Positions 40,374 through 49,795 of a stretch of DNA of 64,000 nucleotides are shown piece after piece (position 1 is the first letter of the stretch; every line of letters starts with the position of its first letter). Made by a program: the position numbers and the translations under genes. The notes below the pieces were generated by a model. That model saw nothing but the letters and a program-made list of their open reading frames with translations. It had not been told where the DNA came from and ran no database searches. The stretch covers positions 110,555 to 174,554 of the forward strand of contig JBAYJP010000001.1 in NCBI GenBank assembly GCA_041665025.1, written 5' to 3'. This DNA comes from Candidatus Magasanikiibacteriota bacterium. Its GTDB lineage: Bacteria > Patescibacteriota > Patescibacteriia > Magasanikbacterales > UBA922.

Positions 40374-41447
40374 CTATTTTTTCAATTCTTGTTTGAAGAA
40401 GTCGACAAACGGAATCGCGGTCGGGTCAATGCCTTTTAATAAAGCAGAATAATAACTTACATACGAACCAAGGACCAAAACCTCACACCCTTGCAGAACC
40501 CTATCTTTTTCTCGGCAATGGTATGATTCAAACTGAATATTATTTTTCATCAAAACTTGTTTGGTAACTTCATACCGCTTTTGATTTCTGCTGTAATAGA
40601 GGTGTGATTGCAATAATATAAATAACAAATTTTCTTTATTGCTTGTTGGGTTTACCATTCCCTCCATAAGGTGGTGGTTCAATTCCGGAATAGCAAAATA
40701 CGCGGCAAACCGTTTTGCGTTTTCATTCATTTGATTTGCAGCGATGTGTGCGTTGCCAAGCAAATGTTCGGATGCGACGTACATAACACTTCGGTCAATA
40801 GTTTTGAGTGCTAGTTGTTTGGCCGGATTTCTTTCAGATGGAGTTTCCACACCGAACTCTGTATTATATTTTTCAAGTGTTCTAATTATTTGCTTAATTT
40901 TTACATCTGACAATTTCAATAGTCCAACTTTCGAATATAGCAATAATTGCCCAATGATAGAATACCCAAGCCCCATGCGTGGCGAACCGCATGGATTATT
41001 TTCAGTAGTAAAAATGAGAGCGGGAACTTTATTTCGTTTTGCAAAATCAGCTAATTTTCCTCCTGCCGTAATAACAAGCAGTTTTGCTTTTTTCTTTTTT
41101 GCCTCAGCAAATGCTGCGACCGTTTCTTCTGTTCCTCCTGAGTAGCTTGAACCAACAACAAGAGAATCTTTATTTACAAAAGCAGGGATATTATAGTCAT
41201 TGCAAATCTCAACGGGCAATTTTAATTCGTTTGCAAATAATGTCTTTACCAGATGAGTTCCAATAGCAGAACCACCCATTCCCAAAACAACTAAATTTTT
41301 TGCCTGTTTATAATTACTCGAAATTTTTAATTTTGATGCTGTTTGCAAAACCTGCAATGCTTGTTTACTAAGCAACTGCAAACTCCCCAGCATGTTTTGT
41401 GAATCTAATTTTTTAATTTCCGCTAAATTATCAAGAATATTAGACAT
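40374..41447 (-). CDS. Bifunctional phosphoglucose/phosphomannose isomerase (SIS domain)
   Basis: GMGGSAIG, SSYSGGTEET, PR, NENAK, PELNHH. Confidence 0.9.
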   Translation of the reverse strand: MSNILDNLAEIKKLDSQNMLGSLQLLSKQALQVLQTASKLKISSNYKQAKNLVVLGMGGSAIGTHLVKTLFANELKLPVEICNDYNIPAFVNKDSLVVGSSYSGGTEETVAAFAEAKKKKAKLLVITAGGKLADFAKRNKVPALIFTTENNPCGSPRMGLGYSIIGQLLLYSKVGLLKLSDVKIKQIIRTLEKYNTEFGVETPSERNPAKQLALKTIDRSVMYVASEHLLGNAHIAANQMNENAKRFAAYFAIPELNHHLMEGMVNPTSNKENLLFILLQSHLYYSRNQKRYEVTKQVLMKNNIQFESYHCREKDRVLQGCEVLVLGSYVSYYSALLKGIDPTAIPFVDFFKQELKK

Positions 41448-41530
41448 AAAACATTAATTTAAAAGATTAAGACAGATGGTATAGTAGCAAAAAAACGCTT
41501 ATTTGTAAATAAAAAAAGCTATACATTTTC

Positions 41531-41577
41531 TTGACTTTTCTGTATGTTATGATAACATCTTTCCTAGGAAAGGAGGC
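41531..41577 (+). promoter_or_regulatory. sigma70 promoter and strong SD of GC-rich unit 2
   Basis: TTGACT-16 bp-TAACAT with TG extension; GGAAAGGAGG before the ATG at 41583. Confidence 0.65.
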
Positions 41578-41582
41578 AACAG

Positions 41583-41777
41583 ATGGCTGACGAAGAAAAA
41601 GAGGCGAAAGCCCCGACCTCGTCGGGTGACGAGAAGAGAAAGGCCCTCCTCCGGGAGAAGGCAGCCCTGGAGGCCTACCTCGCGTTTCTCGAGACCGCGA
41701 ATAAGGCGGCGGATCAAGAACCGCCGTTCGAAGTCCCCGCCCGGTACGGAACCGGCACGACCACGGATCTTAAATGA
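41583..41777 (+). CDS. GC-rich small charged/helical protein (64 aa)
   Basis: 119/195 G+C (61%, hand count); strong SD; opposite strand to the surrounding operon. Confidence 0.7.
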   Translation: MADEEKEAKAPTSSGDEKRKALLREKAALEAYLAFLETANKAADQEPPFEVPARYGTGTTTDLK

Positions 41778-42060
41778 GCCCTTCTAGCTCGTGCTTCCCC
41801 CTAACTTATTAGTTCTTTGATAGATTAGGAAGGAAACTTGCATGAGCGGACGAAAAAAATAGTTCTTGTAACCAAAAACAACCATAAAAGGTTGTTTTTG
41901 AAAATTCGTAAATTGAAAATTTATTTGTATCCCTGCCTGCCGGCAGACAGGGAATCCCTTTCTTAAAGATATATTTTTCAAAAAAAAAGGGATTCCTCCA
42001 CTCATCCCGATTTCGCTTCGCTATATCGGGATTCGGTCGGAATGACAAATGTAAACTAAA

Positions 42061-42933
42061 CTAGCAAGACAGTACCTTGTCACTATTCTTCCCTTCTTTC
42101 TTCATCTTCGCATATTTCTCCATGGTATCTCGCAACGCTTCATGGACCTCGCGCATTTCAATACCCAATTTTTCAAGATTTTCTGACGCAAGAAAATTGT
42201 TTGAACGTCCTTTTGTCGCAAGGCCTTGTTTGACCAAATCATCATTTGATATCCATTCATTTGTATGTGCTGGGTCAACTAATTCTTCATACAACGCCAT
42301 AAGTTCACGATGCTTCATAGTACCTGGATTGGTGACGTGAAAAATACCTTCTGCTTTTTTCTGTAATAATTTGTAAAACACATCAACCATGTCATCTAAA
42401 ATAGTCACACTATTTTCTACATCAATTACTTTTGGATAACGTGCCAATTTATCTATGAGATTCCGCTCCGACGGCATCCAGTCTATAGGCATACGAATAC
42501 GAGCTATCCCAACATTTGGCAATGTGGAAAGAACCAAATCAGCTGCCCACTTTGCGCGTGAGTATGTTGGTAATGGATTCCCAAAATCATTCTCTCTCCA
42601 TTTTTTATCTTCATGAGGAGAATCACCGTAATAAATACATCCAGAACCCATGTGCAATAAATATATTCCTCGTTCCTGACAGGCTTCTGCGAGTATGATA
42701 GGAAGTTTTGTATTACCCAAAATCGTTTCAAGTTGGTGTTCATCGCACCAATCTACATTTGGTTTTCCGGTAACGCCGGCTGCGTTTAAGACTACATCTG
42801 GTTTATGCTCATCCAAAAATGACAGCATGTCCTCTTTTGAATTTACATGTTTGTCCGCAAGTACTGCCTCATCACCCCATGCATCTTTGCATCGATGACC
42901 AATGTAACCGTTGCCTATAATTAAAATTTTCAT
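42061..42933 (-). CDS. NDP-4-keto-6-deoxyglucose 3,5-epimerase/4-reductase (NRS/ER type)
   Basis: GNGYIG, NAAGVTGKPNVDWC, GSGCIY, YSRAK, RIRMP. Confidence 0.82.
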   Translation of the reverse strand: MKILIIGNGYIGHRCKDAWGDEAVLADKHVNSKEDMLSFLDEHKPDVVLNAAGVTGKPNVDWCDEHQLETILGNTKLPIILAEACQERGIYLLHMGSGCIYYGDSPHEDKKWRENDFGNPLPTYSRAKWAADLVLSTLPNVGIARIRMPIDWMPSERNLIDKLARYPKVIDVENSVTILDDMVDVFYKLLQKKAEGIFHVTNPGTMKHRELMALYEELVDPAHTNEWISNDDLVKQGLATKGRSNNFLASENLEKLGIEMREVHEALRDTMEKYAKMKKEGKNSDKVLSC

Positions 42934-42973
42934 AATTAATATTAATTTATAATTTTGAATTTCAAATTAAAAA

Positions 42974-43981
42974 TTACGCCCGTCCATACCACTTCTCATA
43001 ATATTCCTGATATGCTCCACTCCGACAATCCATCACCCATTTTTGATTCTGTGTGTACCATTCAACTGTTTTCTTCAATCCATCATCTAAACCAATTAAT
43101 GGTTCCCAGTCTAATTCTGTTTGTGCCTTTGAATAATCTATGGAATACCTGCGATCATGCCCTGGCCTATCTTTTACATATTCAATATATGATTCATCTT
43201 TTCCCAAGAGCGCCAGCAATTTCTTCGTCAATTCGAGATTAGTGATTTCTGAATCTTTTCCCCCAAGACAATAGGTGTCGCCTATTCTGCCTTTTTGCAA
43301 AATCATATCAACTCCTCTGCTGTGGTCATCAACAAAAATCCAATCACGCATTTGTTGTCCATCTCCATATACGGGTACTTTATTACCTTCCATTAAATTT
43401 GAAATAAACAATGGAATAATCTTCTCAGGAAACATGTATGGCCCATAATTATTTGAACAATTCGAAATGGTTGCTTCCAAACCATATGTCGTATGATATG
43501 CGCGGACGAGGTGATCTGATGCTGCTTTTGCAGCTGCGTATGGACTGCGTGGCGCGTATCGAGTTTGCTCGTCAAACGATGGATCCTCTGGCCTTAATGC
43601 ACCAAATACTTCATCTGTTGAAATATGATGAAAACGTTTTTTATACTCTCGGGCAGCATCAAGTAATGTTTGAGTTCCTAAAACATTTGTCTTGATAAAT
43701 GCGCTTGGGTCCATGATAGATCTATCCACATGTGTTTCAGCGGCAAAATGTACAATAACGTCTGATTCCTTTACCTTATCAAAAACTAAATCACGATCGC
43801 AAATATCTCCTTTGATAAAAGAATAATGTGGATTTTCTTCAACATCTTTCAAATTTTCCAAATTACCCGCATAGGTCAATACGTCATAATTAAAAATATC
43901 ATCCTGTGGATGTTGTAAAAGCCAATAATGGATAAAATTTGAACCAATAAACCCTGCACCGCCTGTAATTAATAATTTCAT
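42974..43981 (-). CDS. rfbB: dTDP-glucose 4,6-dehydratase
   Basis: TGGAGFIGSNF, HFAAETHVDRS, STDEVFG, PYAAAKA, CSNNYGP, DRPGHDRRY. Confidence 0.97.
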   Translation of the reverse strand: MKLLITGGAGFIGSNFIHYWLLQHPQDDIFNYDVLTYAGNLENLKDVEENPHYSFIKGDICDRDLVFDKVKESDVIVHFAAETHVDRSIMDPSAFIKTNVLGTQTLLDAAREYKKRFHHISTDEVFGALRPEDPSFDEQTRYAPRSPYAAAKAASDHLVRAYHTTYGLEATISNCSNNYGPYMFPEKIIPLFISNLMEGNKVPVYGDGQQMRDWIFVDDHSRGVDMILQKGRIGDTYCLGGKDSEITNLELTKKLLALLGKDESYIEYVKDRPGHDRRYSIDYSKAQTELDWEPLIGLDDGLKKTVEWYTQNQKWVMDCRSGAYQEYYEKWYGRA

Positions 43982-43986
43982 AAGTA

Positions 43987-44424
43987 TTATAGAATAGGCT
44001 GACCTTCGGAATGTTCAAAAAAATCGCGAATTATATTTGCATGATGAAATCCTATATCAATAGGTATATTATCTTTGGAAAAAAATTTACTTTCTATTAC
44101 TTCAATAGTTTCTTGCAAACTGCCTGCAATAATATGTGCAACATAAATCACAGTAACACGCGCTCCCCGAGGATCTTTACCCGTGCTTGTATATACTCCG
44201 TATAATTTATCGATATGAATTTCGACGCCTATTTCCTCATATACTTCTCTCTTTGCGGCCTCAATAGGCTGTTCTTCTTTTATATGACCCCCGGGTAATA
44301 TCCAAAAACCTTTATAGGGCTCGACTCCACGTTTTGTCAATAATATTTCATCTAGTTCATTCAAAATAATGACATCGGCAGAACATGTTGGATATTTTTT
44401 TTCTAATTCAAAAGGTATTTCCAT
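43987..44424 (-). CDS. NUDIX hydrolase
   Basis: WILPGGHIKEEQPIEAAKREVYEEIG, DPRG. Confidence 0.9.
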   Translation of the reverse strand: MEIPFELEKKYPTCSADVIILNELDEILLTKRGVEPYKGFWILPGGHIKEEQPIEAAKREVYEEIGVEIHIDKLYGVYTSTGKDPRGARVTVIYVAHIIAGSLQETIEVIESKFFSKDNIPIDIGFHHANIIRDFFEHSEGQPIL

Positions 44425-44425
44425 A

Positions 44426-45376
44426 TTATTTTTCTTGCACTTTATGTCTGATATCTTTCATCGCAGCATCTAGATGATATGCCAAAGATGGCAAATCATC
44501 AAGAGGAAAATATCTAAAATCATCCATTTCGACATTTTTGACAAAATGATGGCTCTTGATCTTGATAAAATACAAAATCATAGCACGTGCAAAACGTGGA
44601 CTCATACCTTTGTCAGAATATACATGAAATAAATCACCTATTGTACATTCTACGCCGAGCTCTTCGCGGACTTCACGTTTGAGACACTCCTCAATAGACT
44701 CATATACATACATATGACCCCCAGGCAAATCCCATGTATCTTTGAATGGATCCTGTGCTCTATGCGCAAGCAGAATTTCATTTTGTTCATTGAGCACAAT
44801 ACCCATCGCAACCGTATGCATAAAATCATTATCGCGATAATTGTATATTGTTCCAAAATTATCCGTATAAAATGAGCGAGATGCGGGGATCAATTTTCCT
44901 GAATGTTTTTTTTGTATATATCTACGAAGAACTTTGTTATGATTATAACCAAGCCTTTTCCAAAACAAGTAGTGAGGTTTTACCCACTTACATTCTTGGA
45001 CAAATTCAGTAGGAATATCAAAGGTACACCCCGGTTTAGGCCGTGCAGCAAAAATAACTTGAACTCCATAAAAGCGCGGATCTGCAGGGGGCTTCGAATC
45101 TGGATCGCCAAGCACATCTATAAGATACGAAAGTTCAATATCCAACCCTATTTCTTCTTTTACACTGCGTATAGCAGATGCCTGTATGTTATCATCTTCT
45201 ACATACGCGTAGCCGCTTGGCAAAATCCATTTATCTTTCATCGGAGGCACGCCACTTTTTTCAATCAAAATTTCTCCCTGTTCATTTTCAATTATGAGAT
45301 CAACACAAAGCACTGCATATCTCTGCTGTTTCAAAAAAGGAATTTGGGTAATTGTGTCCAAAAACCGAGCTGACAT
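44426..45376 (-). CDS. Tandem double-NUDIX protein
   Basis: Degenerate box LPSGYAYVEDDNIQASAIRSVKEEIG and canonical box LPGGHMYVYESIEECLKREVREELG. Confidence 0.85.
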   Translation of the reverse strand: MSARFLDTITQIPFLKQQRYAVLCVDLIIENEQGEILIEKSGVPPMKDKWILPSGYAYVEDDNIQASAIRSVKEEIGLDIELSYLIDVLGDPDSKPPADPRFYGVQVIFAARPKPGCTFDIPTEFVQECKWVKPHYLFWKRLGYNHNKVLRRYIQKKHSGKLIPASRSFYTDNFGTIYNYRDNDFMHTVAMGIVLNEQNEILLAHRAQDPFKDTWDLPGGHMYVYESIEECLKREVREELGVECTIGDLFHVYSDKGMSPRFARAMILYFIKIKSHHFVKNVEMDDFRYFPLDDLPSLAYHLDAAMKDIRHKVQEK

Positions 45377-45378
45377 AT

Positions 45379-45915
45379 TTAATGTGAAAAATAATAATGT
45401 GTAAGCGCCCACGCAGCCATAGTTTGTCCATCCCAAATTTCATTATTTCGTATCATATTATCCACTTCATCTGGACGACGATAGAGCAATTCAATTTCTT
45501 CCGTATCATCTGTATGTTGCTCATGTTGTTCAGTTACATGCACGAGAAATACGTGACACGTTTCTTTTATCAGACCATTGGCAGTTTCAAATGTTCCCAT
45601 TTTTACAAATTCTTTTGCGGTGTATCCAGTTTCCTCAGAAAGTTCGATTTGTGCAGCCTCAAGCGGAAGTATACCTTTCCTTACCCCGCCACCGGGAAAT
45701 TCAACGCTCTGTTTGTCAACTAGATATCTATGTTGCAGTGTAAGCACTAACCGGCCATCGGGCAATACGGGAACAAGCATGACCATGCCTGGAGTTTCTC
45801 CATAATAATAATCGCCTATTTGCCCATTTGGTTTTTCATACGTATCATGCTTATACGTCCACCAAGGATTTTCGTGCAATATTTCTTCGGTAAGTTTTTT
45901 TAAGTGTTTGGGCAT
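45379..45915 (-). CDS. NUDIX hydrolase (ADP-ribose pyrophosphatase-like)
   Basis: QHRY, EFPGGG...AAQIELSEETG, DDTEEIE, IWDGQT. Confidence 0.88.
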   Translation of the reverse strand: MPKHLKKLTEEILHENPWWTYKHDTYEKPNGQIGDYYYGETPGMVMLVPVLPDGRLVLTLQHRYLVDKQSVEFPGGGVRKGILPLEAAQIELSEETGYTAKEFVKMGTFETANGLIKETCHVFLVHVTEQHEQHTDDTEEIELLYRRPDEVDNMIRNNEIWDGQTMAAWALTHYYFSH

Positions 45916-45917
45916 AA

Positions 45918-46781
45918 TTAGGTTTCACAATCAAATGATCCTTGTACGACCAATTTTTTCAAAAAATCTACTCTTTTCTTTAACATTAAACGGTAACGTC
46001 TACTTTTGTCTTCCGAGGATCTCAAATCTCCCATATCAAGTATGTGTATTCCTTTAATCTCACCACCTATTTTATTAATACAAAGGTTAAAATCGCCCAT
46101 TGTCTCAACCATATAACCTGTTTTTTCAAAATAGTCTAAAGTTATACATGTAAATTTTCTTAATTGTCTGTTAAATTCCGAATTTACTGATGCTATTCTT
46201 AAAAGATCTTCTACAGTATAACTAAAAAAATTTGACAACTTCCCCTCAACTAGTCTTTGAATCATTGCGGCTCTTGGTTCATTTGAAAATGGATCGTTAA
46301 TTATAAAGTTTGCAGACTCTGGAATTATTTCTGAAATAGATGCATATATCTCTCTTAGCTTTTCATAATTCGTTTGAAAATGCTTTGCTACATCTACCAG
46401 GCTACCCCCTTTTTGTGGTGGAAATAACAACTTCAGCGCCCAAGAAGGACCCTTGTGCTTATTTTTTAGTAGATATACTTTTGCTTCTCCCCCGCCACCT
46501 ATTCTCTCCGAGAATTCATATTTATTAGGGTCAAAGGGTAAATGTTCCACATATTGACGTTTAAAATAACGTTCAACAACTTCTCGACCCAAACCTTCTG
46601 GAGCATATACTAATGCTGCGCGGATTAATGAAACTAAACGGGCATAACGACCTGATGATTCATCATTTAATCTACGCCACAACTCTCCGGTCCCTTTTGG
46701 ACAAGGACCTCTTTCACATGATTCTTCTACTGCGCTAGACAACTTACGCACAAAATGAGGCAATCTATCCCTTTCTATCAT
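45918..46781 (-). CDS. Atypical kinase-like hypothetical protein
   Basis: Gly-rich loop IGGGGEAKVY, WALKL, ILDMG; no canonical HRD. Confidence 0.6.
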   Translation of the reverse strand: MIERDRLPHFVRKLSSAVEESCERGPCPKGTGELWRRLNDESSGRYARLVSLIRAALVYAPEGLGREVVERYFKRQYVEHLPFDPNKYEFSERIGGGGEAKVYLLKNKHKGPSWALKLLFPPQKGGSLVDVAKHFQTNYEKLREIYASISEIIPESANFIINDPFSNEPRAAMIQRLVEGKLSNFFSYTVEDLLRIASVNSEFNRQLRKFTCITLDYFEKTGYMVETMGDFNLCINKIGGEIKGIHILDMGDLRSSEDKSRRYRLMLKKRVDFLKKLVVQGSFDCET

Positions 46782-46794
46782 ATCCTATTATGGG

Positions 46795-47199
46795 CTAAGC
46801 AAATAAAGTACTAATTTCTTGAACACTCGTGTGCCCCGGCGCATTTACAATAGCATGCATATTACTGCCACCATCGTCATTCCATCGCGGTATAATATGA
46901 ATGTGCAAATGCGGGACTACCTGTCCGCCGGCCTCGCCATGATTCCATCCTACATTATATCCGTCTGGCTGGAGCACATGATCGATTTTTTCTTGCGTGC
47001 GTTTTACTGCAGTCATCAAAAATCCTAAGAGCTCATCATTAAGTTCAAGTAGTGTTTCTGTATGCAATTTGGGGACAACGACCGCATGACCTTTCGCGCG
47101 CGGGTAGATATCCAAAAAAGCAAGCACATGATCATCTTCGTACACGGTGTAGTTTGGAATTTCTTTTTTTATAATTTTGCAAAAAATACAATTGTCCAT
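46795..47199 (-). CDS. HIT family hydrolase
   Basis: CIFCKI, AFLDIYP..GH, AGGQVVPHLHIHIIPR. Confidence 0.95.
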   Translation of the reverse strand: MDNCIFCKIIKKEIPNYTVYEDDHVLAFLDIYPRAKGHAVVVPKLHTETLLELNDELLGFLMTAVKRTQEKIDHVLQPDGYNVGWNHGEAGGQVVPHLHIHIIPRWNDDGGSNMHAIVNAPGHTSVQEISTLFA

Positions 47200-47211
47200 A
47201 TTAGTAAAATA

Positions 47212-47280
47212 AGTTCATAGCCAATAGCCAATAATTCATAGTCGTCAACCTATTGGCTATGAACTACTGGCTATGAACTT
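47212..47280. repeat. 7-nt-periodic palindrome (tagccaa/tagttca family)
   Basis: agttcatagccaatagccaata...tattggctatgaactactggctatgaact; also at 52803 and 58160. Confidence 0.85.
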
Positions 47281-48889
47281 TCAAATTATACAAGGTATGA
47301 TCTTTGAAAAACATTTTTTCTTCTAAAGAAAGCCCAAACTGTCCCAGATAATCAACAGTGTTTTGATAATGTGCCTCGTCCAACTTCGGAGTGAGATAAT
47401 AGACTGGATTTCCCGCAAAAACGAGTTTACCCAATGCCTGACCCACCCGAGAGTCAAAAAAACGGACAATTACTTGCCTTTCAGGCCATACAAATTTATC
47501 CTCTCTATCAGATACGATTATAGCATGGGTTTGCGTGCTTGCCAAGATGTCTTTTTTGACTAATTCTACATATTTTAACTGTCCTCGCACAGCCAAAATT
47601 CCATCAACTCCTCTAAACGCTGCATTATAAGACAATAAAGCCATACCAGACAAGACAATCACTCCAAGCAGCCAAGCCCTTTTTTTCTGGGCTATACCCT
47701 GCCAAACACTCCCCACAAACGGCAACATAAGGATAAAAATAGGCAACCAATAGCGTGTGTAGGCAACACCTATTGTCTTCATGCTATAGAGCGTGTCTGC
47801 ACTACTTCCATAGTAAATAAAAAGAAATGATGAAACGAAAATACAAACTATTGCGTATATTTTTTGTGCACGAGTCAAAATTCCTTTTTTCCAATTAAAT
47901 ATAAAAAATGCAAATCCAAACAGTGCGGGAACTGTGTACCACCATTGTATATTGATAAAATAAAACCAAACACTTCGCACAATCATGCCAACACTAACAC
48001 CAAAAGGAAATAAAAATGAATACCAATGTGAAACTCCAATAGAACGAGAGGTAATATATGCACCAATTGGATTTCCATACACCTGTATGTTAAACCACGC
48101 GTATAACCCGATAAAAATTAAACTCGTTATAATCCACGTGAGCAATCGTGAAAATGAAATTTCTTTTCTGTAGGCTATAATGACAATACACATTGCAAGA
48201 CCAATCCATACAATTTCATTTGGCCGCATCAAAATACCAAGCATAAAAACCGACATTCCCAAAATATCGTTTACCATCATCGAAATCCGTTCAAACCTGC
48301 CTGCCGGCAAGGCAGGTCTGTTAAATCTGTGTTCTATTATCATCTTCAAGGGATTCACTAACAAAAACCAAATTCCTATCAACAACAAACTCACAGACGG
48401 CACATTATGAAACATACTTCGTGCCGTGTAATAAAAAAGCACTGGCTGAAAAAATAATAATAGCGAACTGTAGAACGCAACTTCTTTATTGAATATCTTT
48501 TTTATAATTCCATAAAACGCCCACACACCCAAAATTGCAAGAACGGATGTCAAAAACACCATTGCATTCATACCAACTATTTTTGCAATAAGTCCATACA
48601 TCATGGGCATTCCCAAAAATCCAACAGGTAAAATTTCTTTTCCTCCATTTTCTTCTACATAGGTACTGCGCGGATGAATAAATTCATTCAATTCTCCATA
48701 ATCTTGTGGCAAGGAATACGAAAGTTTATTTTCTTTCGCCACTGTGCCAGTAAATACATAATTTGCTGTTTCATCGGGCGAATTAAAAATTCCCGGCACT
48801 GAAAAATTTAAATAATTATATAAAACAAAAAATACTATTGAAAAAATAAGTAGGATGATTTTATGTTTGTTAAGAAAAAAATTATTCAT
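47264..48889 (-). CDS. GT-C (ArnT/PMT-like) membrane glycosyltransferase
   Basis: More than 10 TM segments, first-loop SPDE motif, RPNE, RYWLP. Confidence 0.75.
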   Translation of the reverse strand: MNNFFLNKHKIILLIFSIVFFVLYNYLNFSVPGIFNSPDETANYVFTGTVAKENKLSYSLPQDYGELNEFIHPRSTYVEENGGKEILPVGFLGMPMMYGLIAKIVGMNAMVFLTSVLAILGVWAFYGIIKKIFNKEVAFYSSLLLFFQPVLFYYTARSMFHNVPSVSLLLIGIWFLLVNPLKMIIEHRFNRPALPAGRFERISMMVNDILGMSVFMLGILMRPNEIVWIGLAMCIVIIAYRKEISFSRLLTWIITSLIFIGLYAWFNIQVYGNPIGAYITSRSIGVSHWYSFLFPFGVSVGMIVRSVWFYFINIQWWYTVPALFGFAFFIFNWKKGILTRAQKIYAIVCIFVSSFLFIYYGSSADTLYSMKTIGVAYTRYWLPIFILMLPFVGSVWQGIAQKKRAWLLGVIVLSGMALLSYNAAFRGVDGILAVRGQLKYVELVKKDILASTQTHAIIVSDREDKFVWPERQVIVRFFDSRVGQALGKLVFAGNPVYYLTPKLDEAHYQNTVDYLGQFGLSLEEKMFFKDHTLYNLKVHSQ

Positions 48890-48894
48890 AATGC

Positions 48895-48953
48895 TTGACC
48901 GAAACTATATAAAATGATAGAACATGATAAACCTAAGGCCGTGGAAAGGAGGA
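48895..48953 (+). promoter_or_regulatory. Putative promoter and strong SD of GC-rich unit 3
   Basis: TTGACC-17 bp-TAGAAC with TG extension; GGAAAGGAGG before the ATG at 48958. Confidence 0.55.
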
Positions 48954-48957
48954 CACC

Positions 48958-49662
48958 ATGGCCAAGCGCGTGAGACGCGCTCGTAGTGTGACCGGTGTCC
49001 CCACCCGGCCACAAGACCCGCTTCACGAGTGGCTCGGTATCACCGGGCTACTCATGAAACACGAGGTGACCGCGAACACCGTTACGGTTGTTCGTGGAAT
49101 CCTCGTTCTGCCGGTGATCATACTGGCAGGATTCGGCTTCAGTGGGGCGGCGTTTATTCTCCACCTTGTGAGCTGGTGGGGCGACGCCGTGGATGGTTCG
49201 GTCGCGCGCGAACGGCAGCGATGCGGCTACGTCGATAATCGGGATTTAGGGGAGTATCTTGACCCGATGGTCGACAAGGCTGCATGGGTGGCAGAGGCAA
49301 TGTTTTTACCTTTCGCCGCCCAAGCTGAACTCCGTCCGACGTGGGTGGTGGTAATCGCTATCGCGGCGATGTGTGTGCTCGTCCTCATCGAGGTTGCACT
49401 CGGCATCGTCCGGTGGCAAGATTACCACGCTAACACCAAGCAGACTACAGATGCGCCCAAACTCAACCTTGGGGCGCGCTGGTCAGGCAAGGTGAAGATG
49501 GTGCTCGAGGTCGCAGGACTCTCGACACTAATCCTTACCTCGTCCGACGAGGCTACTTGGTGCGTCCACGTGTGGGCGTGGGCGCTCGCGGCTGCTATGC
49601 CACTCGCCTCGCTCAGCCTGCTCCAAAAGATCTGGAGCAGGAAGGCTATAGTGGCAAACTAA
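48958..49662 (+). CDS. GC-rich CDP-alcohol phosphatidyltransferase family protein
   Basis: TANTVT..R, DAVDGSVAR...GEYLDPMVDK, A.WSGKVKMV. Confidence 0.85.
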   Translation: MAKRVRRARSVTGVPTRPQDPLHEWLGITGLLMKHEVTANTVTVVRGILVLPVIILAGFGFSGAAFILHLVSWWGDAVDGSVARERQRCGYVDNRDLGEYLDPMVDKAAWVAEAMFLPFAAQAELRPTWVVVIAIAAMCVLVLIEVALGIVRWQDYHANTKQTTDAPKLNLGARWSGKVKMVLEVAGLSTLILTSSDEATWCVHVWAWALAAAMPLASLSLLQKIWSRKAIVAN

Positions 49663-49712
49663 GGAGCTACGCCCCGCGGGATTGGAGGATCCCCGGGGCG
49701 ATTGCGTTTTAT

Positions 49713-49794
49713 AACACAGATTGCACAGAATAAAAAGGAAACACGGATTACTATTTCGGTGTATTCCTTGTCATTCCGTGTAATCCGTGTTCTA
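49713..49794. repeat. 9-nt-periodic palindrome
   Basis: aacacagatt...acacggatt...ttccgtgtaatccgtgttc. Confidence 0.65.
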
Positions 49795-49795
49795 T

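Noticed and set aside
41784-42048. Two short minus-strand ORFs
   Set aside because: They are built from palindromic repeats (cctgcctgccggcagacagg; gattcctc...ggaatgaca) and AT-rich filler.
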